A DNA stretch of 63,685 bases, counting the filler, from Phoronis australis (Eukaryota; Animalia; Phoronida), in NCBI GenBank assembly GCA_002633005.1. It is 8 parts of 8 records of this genome, joined end to end, with 100 filler letters (N's around TTAATTAATTAA, not from the genome) between each part and the next. Parts side by side here need not be neighbours in the genome. Positions count along the whole stretch, not along the records: positions 12,942 to 30,204 come from NMRA01000453.1; positions 30,305 to 37,924 come from NMRA01001997.1; positions 38,025 to 41,028 come from NMRA01000467.1; 5 more parts are not named here. The stretch is one strand, 5' to 3'. How positions within the stretch are numbered: the stretch's first letter is position 1; each line of letters starts with the position of its first letter. The notes under the pieces were generated by a model. The model had not been told where the DNA came from. It searched no databases and saw only the letters and a list, made by a program, of their open reading frames with translations. Positions 26,557 through 39,251 of this stretch are shown here, piece after piece. A program made the position numbers and the translations under genes.

Positions 26557-26840
26557 TGGAAGCGTATAGGTGCCACAACACCCCACAAACTCCGAGCCAA
26601 ATACCGTACAAAGTCCACAACACCCCCTCAGTGACTACAACACTCTAAAACTCTCTACAACATCCCCCCAGTCGCAACAACATCCTAGAATCTACAAAAA
26701 AGCCGACATGTGTCTTAAAACACTTTTCCTGGATTGTGACATCACTACCCCTGCAGAATACACAGCACTACGAAATCCACAACACAACGGAAACAGAAGT
26801 CGTGGTGTTTGTGGGTTGTTGTGGCACCTATACGCTTCCA
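26557..26840. mobile_element. Non-autonomous TIR element (MITE) with CCACAACAC subterminal motifs
   Basis: 35/36-bp inverted repeat TATGGAAGCGTATAGGTGCCACAACA(C/A)CCCACAAAC, including the flanking TA. Confidence 0.8.
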
Positions 26841-27190
26841 TAGACTTAGGCTGTGTATTACTCAGACCGCCGGTAAGCACCGAGTGTCAATTTCAAGCGT
26901 AATCTAAAAGCATTTTCTTGAATTCCATGTTCTACCATTCAAACATGGTATTAGACTTGTCCTTGATGCTTGGGGGTTTTACAAGAAACTGATTTCTATT
27001 ATGAATATCATAGCACCTTTCTGTTGCGGCACGGATTCGACGTGTTGTGTTTATAGAATTTATTTGCGTCAATACGAATCGCCCATTTCATCATTGTAAG
27101 GTCTACATGGCGTATGAGGAAGCTCCAGTGTTATCTTTGATGAATATGACGCGTAAAACGCTACTGTGAGTCGCGAAAATTGTTTTTCAG

Positions 27191-27388
27191 AATGTGAGGC
27201 GCAATGCGAAAACTGTGCTTCTGTCAATCAGTCGACGTGTATATGCACGTGTAAGAAAGGTTACATCGGGCAACGGTGTACAAGTGTGTGCAAAAACAAC
27301 CATGAAAACTGTGAGAACGGCTGGTGGCCTTCCAATTGCAACCACGACTTTGTGTCCAAATACTGCCCGACTATGTGTAAAACCTGTG
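27191..27388 (+). CDS. CAP protein exon 6: EGF-like + ShK-like domains (gene continues; stop codon not located)
   Basis: TTTTTCAG acceptor, GTAAGC donor; CENCASVNQSTCICTCKKGYIGQRC (EGF-like), then C-x6-C-x8-C-x8-C-x3-C-x2-C (ShK-like). Confidence 0.88.
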
Positions 27389-27508
27389 GTAAGCTTTACT
27401 TCTTTGCGTCACTCTTTGACACTTAGTGGTTTGATATCATCCTACCAAATGAAAGAGAAGGTGATTAAGTCATACGTTGCGTGGTCGGTTTGGATTCTTT
27501 TATAACTA

Positions 27509-28491
27509 CAGTGGCGGATTTAGGATATCACAAGGGGGGACCAACTTTTTGTCCGGCTGTAAACATTTGCGCAAACTGACCCACGGTTGTAGATGCGCAT
27601 AGCACCGAATGGGGGGAGGTCGCTCAGGAAATGTTTCTGTTTTACCTCAAAAAATCAAGCATTTTCCTTGATTCCTGAAGTATTTTCCAAGAAAAAACAG
27701 GAAAAAAAAACACGATGAACGTGTCAAACAGGAAAAATTGAACGCTCCAAAGACTAGAACTCACGACCTGACACATGGAGAGCGCGTACGTTACCAATAC
27801 ACCACGACGATTCAACTACTCATCTCATACTAAAAGACCTACTTGGTTATGGTTTACAGCGTTTGCGCGCGAAGCCTACTTCTTTTCGTAATGCTATACG
27901 TTTTATATTTTGTGCCATCAATTCTTAACAAATTTGTCGTATTTAAAATAGTCTTCAAATGCCCAAAAGACCAAATCCATTTTTCGTGTTGGCAATAATG
28001 ACGGGATTGCTTTGGAAATCGTCTTAATAAGGTTTGACAAAGAGAGTATTGCGAGTTTCTGAGTGATTCACTAAGGCTTCGATTAAAATTCACATCTTAC
28101 CAGCAGCTTCTGTTTTTTTCATCGTCACTCAGGCTCCATACTCTGAAGTAAATTTTCTTCACTGCACAGTGGAGCAGACGACGAAAACGGAGTCGTAGTG
28201 CGCAGCGCCACTGCCGGTCGCCTGGGATATCGCGAGAGAGCCCATACTTAGCCATACTTGAGTTCCGTTACGAATGCGCCGTGTTCCGAATTTGACACTT
28301 GAAATTGGGTTTGAGCCCCTCCCCCCAAACACTAAAACTGCACACATTTAAATCTTTTTTCATCCGTATAATTTTGATTACCGGGGTTAATTAATAAACT
28401 CACAATTTCCCTACGCTATTACTGTTTTATTTTTTGCGGCAGCCAAGGGGGGGGGGGGCGGGACCCCTGGCCCCCCCTAAATCCGCCTATG
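27509..28491. mobile_element. hAT-like non-autonomous element containing a tRNA-like segment
   Basis: Termini CAGTGGCGGATTTAGG / CCTAAATCCGCCTATG; very similar copy at 48163-48693; 8-bp TSD not evident. Confidence 0.7.
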
Positions 28492-29959
28492 TACTATTTA
28501 CATGAATGTTTGTCGATGTATTCGTCGTGCATGGATGAGAATTGCAATTAAATAGAAACATGATGAACTGAAAAAGCCAAATGCCGCGAATAACTTCTGA
28601 CCCATCACAGCAAAGTGTATTATAAGACCGAACACCCAGTATCGTCAACGTTTGGATTTAAACAAGCCTTCATTGAGGTTGGCAGGCAGTGTCACGTAGT
28701 GTACAGTCGTACCCGGTTGCAAGAAACGGTCTTAAAGAGAAACTCGACTAAGTTTCCTGAATCTTCTGCGTATTTGTGGGCTTGTGAAAACATTGCTTGT
28801 TGATGAGTCTCATTACTAAGTCAATTTTGGCTTTAATACAAATCGAGAGTGAACTTTTTGAATTCTCAATATTGTTGAAAATAAGTATGAATCTATTCAT
28901 GCAACGTAATTAATGTAAGGACTAAGTACCTAATTAGTTTGACTGAAATAAGTGTTCAGTTTTCGTTATATTATTAAAAATGCAATTATTCAAAGAGGAG
29001 CTCATATTAAAAATATAATGATAATATAACATCTGGGAGTAAAGAACGAAACAAATACACAAAGTATTTAGGGAAATTAGTTGTGTCCTCGTTTGAGCCT
29101 GTTTCATGCAACCAGGCACAGGGATTCTTATCGTTAGCCAACAAAAGCTTTAACGCTGCCACTCGCAGAAAGAAAAATATTGATCGAGAAATTTCTGCCA
29201 TCAGTCGGCAAGTTTCACTGGTGCAGCAGAACCCGTCGAGGCTCTGAAAAGAACAATTGAGCCAGTCCAACGAGATGACGGCTCGCCTAGTAAAACTCAC
29301 AGGGTCATACAAGTTATACAGATAGACGTGCGGCACCTTATCATGGAATTGAAAGCAGCATGCTGGCTAGGGGGAGGAAATCCATTGCACTTTCTCGACG
29401 AAATAGTTACAAGTCATCTCATGAACCTTGCTCAAGAAAGCCCGAGGCTTGACACGAATTTCCCTCAAGTGTTGCAGGTGCGGGAACCACGTTTTTTCAA
29501 ACCCTGTCTAATACTTACAAGGCCAGTCTCAGGTTAATCTACACCCTAGACACCTGGACCAAGACAAGGGTTGTTATTCCTTGGTAAGGATTGCTGTTTT
29601 GGCAGTTAACTCTAACTTTTTTCTTGTGGGAAGAACTTGAGGCACTGGTTCTGTAGCAGTTTGAAAGAGAAGATATGAGCAGATTCTTGAGGAATCAATT
29701 CACTTACAGATGACGCAGTCCTGCATAAAAGCTGCTCCTCATCAACTATCCAGTCGATACAGTTTGAACAAGCTGTATTTAATAAAAACGCTTATTCTAG
29801 GTACTTTCAGTAGGCCTAGCACGTATTTGCCTTCGTCTACATCAAACATGATATTACTTCTAAAAAGCACTTCGAGTTGAGAGTGACAGAGGCCTTGTGA
29901 GATATGTCATGTACATATTGTCAGATTGTAACTCACAGTTAAACTCAAAGGAGCGAGTA

Positions 29960-30140
29960 CGATTGTTCTTGTCACTAGCGTGATCCCAAAATGTGACACT
30001 GCATCACNCTGCATCACATACTCTCACCAATATGGTCATGGATTTCCTTTCATGATAGTTAATTGTCGGTATTAGCCAACGCCTGACTGTTCAGACTTAC
30101 GCTGATGACATCGTCTTCCTTGATTCCAGTGTTCATGATT
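29960..30140 (+). mobile_element. Possible highly decayed LINE reverse transcriptase fragment
   Basis: TVQTYADDIVFL (YADD motif) near 30086-30121; the upstream QG motif is only weakly recognisable. Confidence 0.3.
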
Positions 30141-30204
30141 GCATATAACACAAAAATTACTCAGACGGCATTTATCACCTGTATACCATAGACTAGGACA
30201 GTAG

Positions 30205-30304
30205 NNNNNNNNNNNNNNNNNNNNNNNNNNNNNNNNNNNNNNNNNNNNTTAATTAATTAANNNNNNNNNNNNNNNNNNNNNNNNNNNNNNNNNNNNNNNN
30301 NNNN
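30205..30304. other. Artificial contig linker
   Basis: N44-TTAATTAATTAA-N44. Confidence 0.97.
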
Positions 30305-32441
30305 TTTCTAGTCCAGTTTTCAATTTGAAATTGAATAGTGAAACCTGAAATATTGAATAAATCTGAAAATTGTAATTCAACTCAATCTAAATTTCAAAAT
30401 GAAAATTGGAAATCGAAACAAGGATACGATCTAAATATTATGTATCAGTTTAAGGTTTCGTAATTCATTCGAATTGAATGGTGTAACTGGAAACTGACTC
30501 AATTCGTTGACCCCTACGGCAAAAAGTCGAACATTTTTTCTTCATCCCGTACAATTGGTTGTTCAGGATCACGATCGTAGTGATTAGCATATCTGTAGCT
30601 GACAAAAAGAAATTCCTCAGCTGCGGCTTCGGAGAAGTCGTCGTTATTCTTCCTTGTGGATGAATTAACGGATGTGACATTACCCAATGACGGGGAAGTA
30701 ACCAGGCTGCAGACGGAATCTGCATGGCCGAGTGTTTGTACAGCCTACTAAGTTAGTTCAACCAGCAGCTTTATTTGCCGCTCAGAGATGTACAGTGTTC
30801 TGGAATTCACCTCCAAATTACGTTACTGTGAGAGTTCACAAGGATCTTACGGGCAGTTACCTCAAGCAGCCTCAGCCTCAACCCCATGGGACCTTTAATT
30901 CAAAAACAGGAATATCATGATGGTCCTTCAGGCCAGAATTAAAATTTCCTCCGATTACCGAAACCGTTTTCGTCAGCTGAATGAGGAACTATAATTCCGA
31001 CAATACTACGGCACGTTCATTATACAAAATAACGATGCCATAATTAGAAAAGATGGACGTCGGTGGACATTATCATTCTTCCAGGAAGAATTACTAGATG
31101 CGAAATGATATTAATCACAAACCCCGGTGGTTACTGTAAAATAACTTTCCCGGCTGGCTTCCGATGTGCTGTTCCAACTGGTCGCCCTCTGTCGATGTTC
31201 ACTCAAGAGAGCTGACCCTCAGTGGCATTTTCACGAAAGACGTCGCTCTAGTCGGCTGGCGACTGGTGATGCACACCAATGAAACAAATATAATATAATA
31301 TAATGGCTCATTGCAACGGCGGATCTAGGAAGCATAAAGCGGTGGGACATTTTGTCTCGGGCAATTGCGCAAACCACGACTGTATGCACGCACCCAGCCT
31401 GAAAGATAGGGGGCTCGAGTTTCTGGACCTTCTAAAAAATAGAAAACGGGAAAACGATTCCAGGTCGTCTGAGCCGCTCCCCCCTCAGCCAACATGTAAA
31501 TTACCAAGGTTAATTATTGAACTCAATATTTTCTCACGCTCTTGATGTTTGATTTTTTTGCGGCAGCCAAGGGGATGGACCCCTGCCCCCCTAATCACTT
31601 CCCGGCCGGCGCATTGATCCACCGCACAGTGTTGTCTCACGTAGTACGTCCGCCTGGATCATGAGTCAAGCCGCTAAACCTCAATGACTACTCCGATGAT
31701 TTCTTCAAAGAGAGGTGTAACGCACTAACGGANTCAAGCCGCTAAACCTCAATGACTACTCCGATGATTTCTTCAAAGAGAGGTGTAACGCACTAACGGA
31801 CAACCTACCCCTCAGCGGGCCCGCTGTCTCAAAATGAGTGGCCCTTGTCACTTCCCAGCCAGTTCTGAACCAAAAATAACGGTATGTATCCCTCGACAAC
31901 CCTCAAAAGCTTGACGGAGCACTGAAAATTTAAAAACTTACAACGCAAGCGTGACCTACACGTCAGGCGAGTAACAAGACGGAAAGACAATTTCCCAAGA
32001 ACCGGCGATCTAGGTGACGTAGAAAGTATGAGCTACGTATCGTCGTTTAAATCTGCCGCAGTGAGGCCGCCAGCTAGTGCCGGGCCGGCTTCGCAGTACG
32101 GTGACAGAGTGAGCTGACGGTTAGTCGAAATCACTAAAAAGGGGTTAGTATCCTTTATGTAGATACTGTCTATACTGTTCAAGTTTAAAAATGGCCTTTT
32201 CCGTTAGTCTGCAGAATCTCGGTCTAGTCGCGACGTCATTATGGAGTATAGAAAACTTTCATCCACTGTCTCTGCCGTACCGTCTGTTTGCCGAGGATAT
32301 AGAACGTCCGCAGAATTTGTAACGCGGAGGGTATTCGACAGCTCACACGCCTGTTGACACGCTCAGGACTGAGTGAGGCCTAGTCACACGCACCCCGAAG
32401 ACGAATCTCAGCGGGATGGTCCGGAAGTGGAGGCGTGTATA

Positions 32442-34287
32442 GGGGAAAGTTACTGGTTTCGTACCACTGAAAAGGTGGATGCGCCTCCCTGTACACGTAC
32501 TTCAGGCTGAGCTACTTGTAGCCACGGAATCAGGAGCTATCTCGTAGCCCTTAGTGTGATTTAGAAGCACGATGATAATGCTTTAGCTGCAAAACACGGT
32601 TGTAGAACTAAAGTCAAGTCAGTACCATTCACGTGACCTATACTAACGACTGTGAATATTTTACCAATCAAAGATGGAAAAGGAAACAGTGCAATCAGTC
32701 AAACCTTTTACTGGCAACATAGAAACATGTGAAAACAAACAACGTTTTGACTCGAATGCGAACCGCCTTCTTCATAAATTTGTGCTAACAAACCACCAAA
32801 AACATATAGCAACCCATCACAAAGATAACAAAATGGATCAGTCAATTGTACTTATGTTGCAAACTTAAACTGCCTGGTTTATGTAGATTAATTAGAGTCT
32901 CCGTCGGAATCACAATTATGAAAAACATAAAACAATTCTCGCTGGTCCTCAGTGCATTCCGTGTGGTCCCATCGTTTACAACGAACACATTCGAACCACT
33001 CTTCGACACGTTTTGTCCAATCATACTAGACAAAACGTGTCGTCATCACCACTATCTAACGAACTGACATCTTGGTGGCGTTTTCTTCTCCTGTCTTTGG
33101 GCTTTTTCTGTACTCTCACCTTTTTACTAAGTTTCTTTCGTCTCGCACCAGCTTTTCTTTCCAGTACGCTTTTATAGGAGCTGCTGGTTAGTATTCGTGA
33201 ATGAACTGCCGAATGACGCGAGCGAGGCATTGTATTTAATGCATTTCAGTGGTATGGAGAAAGGTAGGACACTCGTTTATTTTGTCGAGGAGCAACTGCG
33301 TTCTTTAACGCTTCGTAGTGGCCAGCATCACCGTTTCTGGTAAACTGAAATCTGCATGGATATCGTCTCATAAGCTGTAGGTTATTTTGGCAGACTGTTT
33401 GGTTTCGCTAGATTTATGGATATGGGATTTTGCCAAAACTGATACGCAAGTTTCATACGATCTTTTGGTGTGATACCAAAGAAAAGATTGTCCAGACCTT
33501 TTATATGTTTCTCCAAATCATCTTTTACTTCTATAGATAAAACCCCGCGTAACTTGGTATCGTGTGCTGTCGTACTTATTCAGACCCAAGCTGTGACGGC
33601 GATAGGGATACCAAATAGCTCAGAAACAGCGTTAAATCCCAATCCATCTCCAACGCTTATTTCAGACAGTTGTACATATCTTCCGATGTCCACTACGACG
33701 GCGATGGCATTTTCCTGAAAGCAAAAAAAATAAATGAAATGAGTACTAAAAATTAAGAAAAACATCACATTAGCCAATACACTGAGTACCTACTTGCATC
33801 ACGTTTTGTTACCGTGCCTTTTGCTTACACTGTACCGTACGCCAGGTCAGTATCATACCCGTGACCTGTTGTGATAAGACCATGGACATCACAGTAATAA
33901 GATGTCTATGGGTAGGCCTACGACACTCGTGACAATGACTTAGTTTTAAACTCGAGGGCTGAAAATATTTGGCACAGGATTTGGCAACCAGAAATTACAC
34001 CATACTAAGAGATAAGAATGAGCTGTCAGATGACACATCGGTTTACTCATTTGGTGTACTTGTCGTCTGGTCACATTATTTGGAGAGGGCTAAAATTTAC
34101 ATCAACATGTCAAAAAGTGAAAAATGCGGCCATTTTTTTCAGATCGTCTGCTCGACATTTCGATTTGTTTTCCGTTAACGCCGTCTGAGGTCGCTAAAAG
34201 TAATCACTCTTTTGGGAGACAAGCAAACGTAGTTAGGCGGGAAATAACGTGGTACGACAGTGAAAAACGGAACCGGTGACTTACCCC
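32442..34287 (-). mobile_element. Defective pogo-family transposon (psq-type HTH + CENP-B-type HTH + PHD remnants, DDE deleted)
   Basis: TIR GGGG(A/T)AAGT(T/C)AC(T/C)GGTT(T/C)CG 16/20, TA flanks; minus strand GFNAVSELFGIP, VLSIEVKDDLEKHIKGLDNLFFGITPKDRMKLAYQF, SRILTSSSYK, FCLV*..EEWFECVRCKRWDHTEC. Confidence 0.78.
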
Positions 34288-36559
34288 TATCATACATTGC
34301 GTGCGATTGTGAAGATTTGTACATTCGCGAGTATTAGCCAGGCCTTCACGCGTTAATGTGTACATGTAAAACACGCGTTAACTACTAACAGCCTTGTAAT
34401 TTCATAAAAACACATATCTTCAGATTCACTTTAAAGGTAGAAGCTTTAAAAAAATCGAGTAAGTTAGCCAAACAATGCTGCGACCTGATCGTCCCAGTTT
34501 AATAAGCGTTCTCCGTTCGTGTTGTCGGTATGCCTGTTCTGGGATTTTTCTCGCTTCCTTGCAACCACTCCACCTACTTCCGAATATTTCGTGTTGACCA
34601 GTCACCATAGTCTAAAAGACTAATAGCGTACTAGGATTTTTCATTTAAATTCTTTTTAAGTTATTTACTGACCGTTAAAGTTAGAATAATTGTCGCCACT
34701 TCTGTTTTTAAAATGCCGTGGTATAAAATCGTTAAAAAGAAAACGAACACAAACATTCTTTTCCGTTGAATTTAATATAGGCTTATATTATACACCTATT
34801 TGGACAGCATATACCTGCAAAAATAAAACGAATAGGATTTAGAACACTTTTAAAAAACGAAAAGTCATTTTTAACATTCCAAACGACGTAAAATTTTGGT
34901 TATCGTTCAAAACCCCATGAATGATTACAGAAAGTTTGCGAAAATTTTGTCGATTTAAATTAGAGAGAAAGACAAAAATTACAAGACTATCTTTAGGCCT
35001 TCAAAAGCTCCATTTCGTCCTAAGCACTTTTCTCTCATTAAGTCGGTCTCACAAATTCCTTTACTGTGATAGGATTCGATTCCCATTATCAAATCAAATC
35101 AAGTCTCAGGTAATGCGTACGTGCGCCATCTTCAAATTGGCAATTTTAGGATTGGCTAACCTCAATAAAGCATGAGGCAGTTTCTTGAGTCACTGGAATT
35201 AAATTGATATTACGATGAGAAATCATCACGAGACCGATCTTATGAAAGTAGAAAGCCGGATTAGATTTTCGTTTTTAGCCAGCCAATTAATAGCCTAGTT
35301 CGAAGTGCAATTTTTAAACCTTAGCAATGCTTCACCCAAACTGCAGCCGTTGTCAAAAATCCGAACGACGGAAAAGTTAATGCCTACCGGAACCCATACA
35401 ACATTTAGTGTTGTGCTTCACTTCATCAGACATGTTCAGCTACGCTCAGGGCAAATCTACCAGTTAATCATTTAAAAACACAACAAAACAAAAACACATG
35501 AAAAATGAATGAAATGTTTAGTGAGAAAAATTATCGCAATTGGATTAAAATAGTGACACCATCGACAAAGAAGGGCCGTGCTGTGCTATAAAACCATAAC
35601 AGGAAGAAATATTTTCCTGCAGCGAAGGCGCAAGATATCCTGCTGACTCAATTTTCAAGGAAAGTGGGCAAATCATGACCTTGAATTGAATTAGTTAGCC
35701 AACAGTGTTCAATCACGAGGTGTTTAAAGCTTCACTACATCAGCACTCGGATAGTTACATGTAAACGCATTTCAGTAGCGCCGAGTCTCCGAGCGGTTAG
35801 AATCCAAGCAGTTGCTGAAAAGAATTATCCCTGAAAATGGTAAGCACCAATCTACTACGTTTACATGCTAATAGTTTAATCAATGTACCAATGATTATTT
35901 TAATCTCTTTTCTGTATTCCGTTAACAGTGGTTGGAAATTTCAGAGAATATTTTGATTTACCAAGTCAAAGTAATTCGCCCTTCGTTACCGATCGTAATG
36001 ACGGCCCTATAGCATACGGTCTGAGCAAGTGGTTCACATTTGCGGCATTTGCCACCGGAAAAGCCCTATTCCTTGCCGGTTGTGATTAAAATGGCAACCA
36101 ACACATTTATGTAGTAGATTCATAAAACAATAATTTCTTCACAACAGTATATAATGAAAGCTATGGACCCTGAGTGATCTAATGGGAATGTTTAACAGTA
36201 GTTATGGCTGAGAATTTTCGCCATTTTATACAGTGATCAGAAGCTCCCAACTGCGGTAGAAGTCTATTATGTATTTGTGCCACAAATGTTTCTTATGCCA
36301 CGTGACAAGTAAGAGTCATAGATACCGGTCCCCTCAACTTATTTCCATGGATCCGTACCTGACGACTTTATGTTTGGTTTCGTTGAATGGTTTTGATTTT
36401 GTTTATGTTGATTTATTTATTTAGCAACCAATTATTGTTGTGATCACCATGACAGCAACGCTGTTTCTTCTGACAGGAGCTCAGAGCTTTTTGGTTGACA
36501 CGGGCACGCAAAGTAAGTGAAACTACAAATCTATGACAGAATGATGTAAGCACACGCGT

Positions 36560-37110
36560 ATAGTTAGCGGAGTACGATAACTTCAGACTTATGTACGACA
36601 TCATATTTGACATAAAGTTGAATAATATCGTCCGCAATTCATTGATGTCAACAACAACCCCAATTATATCTGAATAGGATATAGACAAGATTAATATCCA
36701 CTATTATTCTACCTACATTTGACATAAATTGTAGTTCGTATTTATGCCTGACGTAAGTCAGCCAATGAGAATCGTCAAGGCGTTCTTCAAACTTACTACT
36801 CAAACATGGCGTGTCATATTCTTTCAAATGAATCAATAATGTATCTATGATTGTCATTGTCTGACTTAGGTCTCACAAAAATACCATTTATGTCAGAAAT
36901 AAATAGAATAACGATGTATATTGACCTAATTTATGTCTAATATAAATAGAATATTGGTGGACACTAAATGTATTATGTACGATAATATTCGAGAATTATG
37001 CCAGACATAAATTAATTTATGCCAGACATGAAATTATGTCTGATATAATTCTGATTTATGTCTGATATAAATCAGAATTATGTCAGACATAATTCTTGGC
37101 ATTTTCTATA
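36560..37110. repeat. Array of palindromic TTATGTC(A/T)GACATAA-like motifs, probably a transposon subterminal region
   Basis: Motif density rises towards 37100 and stops abruptly at ..GGCATTTTCTATA. Confidence 0.5.
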
Positions 37111-37924
37111 ATTCAACTTTTATGGTAACTCGAGATAAGTGCTTTAGTCTACGTTCGAGTACATGGTGGCTTACAGGATAACTATCACAACCCAGTTTGC
37201 ACTTGATGATCGCTGCATTAAGGCTAGAGTTCGAGTCTGAACTCGAAATCTCGAATTTTGCTCTATATGTTTTGTAGCTCGAATCTGTAGGTGTCTTAAA
37301 GTCCAATTTAGATCAGAAATGATGTATTCGTACTTAGTAGACACTTACATTGAGTTCGCACAAAAATGGAACGGAAAATGTGTAAAATAATTTAGAGTAC
37401 AAAGATTAGACTCCGGTCTCTGATTCTAAGTTGCACTTTGTAAAGTTTGTTGAGCTAGAAATTTGATGGTCACATGACATGGATTGTATTGTCAACCGGA
37501 TGACATAACAACTAGCAGTCGATTAATAAAGTTCTTCAACACCATTTGACCAACAGCGTTGGAATATCAAGTGTCCACACAGTGCCATTATTTTTCCATT
37601 ATAGGATAATGTGCTTCATATTCACACCTTTTGTTTGCCAGGATACTTTAAAGCGGTTAATATAAATCTTTCTTGATGTCTTGACAAGAAATAATTTTTG
37701 TGTTAGACCATTTACATTTATTCAGTTGAGCTCAAGTTGTTCCTCAATCAGTATTAGACGTGGTCTTTCAACTTCGCCAAGAACCGACTGTTCCTTATTA
37801 CTTGAGAGACCAGGCTCTACGAGTTGGCTTGCCACGGCGGGTCATTTTAATCCACAACGCGTGTCATCAAAGTATAGGCAAAAGAACTGCTGCATGAAAT
37901 TCTTCGCAAAAACTATAAATCTCT

Positions 37925-38024
37925 NNNNNNNNNNNNNNNNNNNNNNNNNNNNNNNNNNNNNNNNNNNNTTAATTAATTAANNNNNNNNNNNNNNNNNNNN
38001 NNNNNNNNNNNNNNNNNNNNNNNN
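37925..38024. other. Artificial contig linker
   Basis: N44-TTAATTAATTAA-N44. Confidence 0.97.
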
Positions 38025-38400
38025 ATAACTTAAGTTTTCAAAAACTTAAGTTTTTCAAAAACTTAAGTTCTGAAAACTTAAGTTTTTCAAAAACTTAAGT
38101 TCTGAAAACTTAAGTTTTTCAGAAACTTAAGTTCTGAAAACTTAAGTTTTAAAAACTTAAGTTCGTTCCAAAAAACTTGTTCCAAAATACATAAGTTTTT
38201 GGAAAACTTAAGTTTGAGAAACTTAAGTTTCAGAAACTTAAGTTTTTGAAAAACTTAAGTTTTGGAACAAGTTTTTGGTAACAAACATAAGTCATCAAAA
38301 TTTAAGTTTTTGAAAACTAAGTTTTCCGAACATAAGTTTTCAAGGAACTAACTTTTGAAAACTGGAGTTTTCTAAAAGCAATAAGTTTCAATAGGACAGA
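38025..38400. repeat. Palindromic AAAACTTAAGTTTT satellite-like array
   Basis: Many copies with 14-17-bp spacing at the contig start; same motif at 62745-62820. Confidence 0.85.
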
Positions 38401-39251
38401 CATTCAAAAATTTCGACTTTCACTAAAACAAGAGTGGAGTACAGTAACAAATTTAATGATTCTCATAAAGATTTAACAAACTAGAGTTCTATTAACATTT
38501 CATTAACAGTGATTAATTGCAGAAAATAAAATGCACTTCCTAAAATACACTAGTTCCTTAAAATAAGTGAAATATCAAAATCTTAAAAACCAGAAACATT
38601 TCAAAAATCAGTTCATCAAGTGTCATGCATACAATGCAGTGAAAACTAAATGAGGCTAATAATATATTCATTATTTGCATCGTTTCAGTCTATGACAATT
38701 ATGCGATAAGTGAGGGAGCAAAATGGAATGTACAAACAGAGAAATCACTACCAAATCATGAAACACAACCAAAGAAAATGTGATTACATAGCCAGGAAGG
38801 ACTACAACAAATGTCTATGTTTCAACAGCAGACTTTGTCAACTAAAATTACAGCAATGACACCAAGAATAACAAATCACTTAATATGCCAAATCCGAGAA
38901 TATCTGCAGAGACAAAAGCATAACATAAAACGTAACAGGTAACTAAAAGTTTATCGACAATGGCCACAGGTCTGATTTTGGGAAGTACAATCCTTATGCT
39001 AGAAATAGTGCCTAGAATCACCTATAATTGTTTGCAACCTTAAAAATATCAATTTAAAAGTCAACGTTTCGTTTTGTTGACAATCATAATAACAGTAAAT
39101 CCAATACACTCCATGGTGTGAACAAGTTTCACTAAAAGTAACCCTAAGTACAACCTGGTTATATGAGATGGAAATTAGAAAACTTAGACCTTTGACCACA
39201 AAAATATTCATTTTCCTTTAATTTAAAGCTACTGAACTTCATACACATATA

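Noticed and set aside
27741-27809. Functional tRNA-Gly(TCC) gene
   Set aside because: Acceptor stem does not pair, T-loop is degenerate and it lies within a repeat; kept only as a tRNA-like module
29081-29247. Possible terminal exon of the CAP gene (VVSSFEPVSCNQ..NPSRL*)
   Set aside because: Phase would fit, but the acceptor lacks a pyrimidine tract and the peptide is unrecognisable
31085-31135. 2A-like (DxxxNPG) sequence of a LINE ORF
   Set aside because: Needs a frameshift, lacks the final Pro, and no endonuclease or RT motifs follow
31664-31801. Exact ~69-bp tandem duplication
   Set aside because: A single N sits at the junction, typical of an unmerged contig overlap; the same pattern occurs at ~29999-30017
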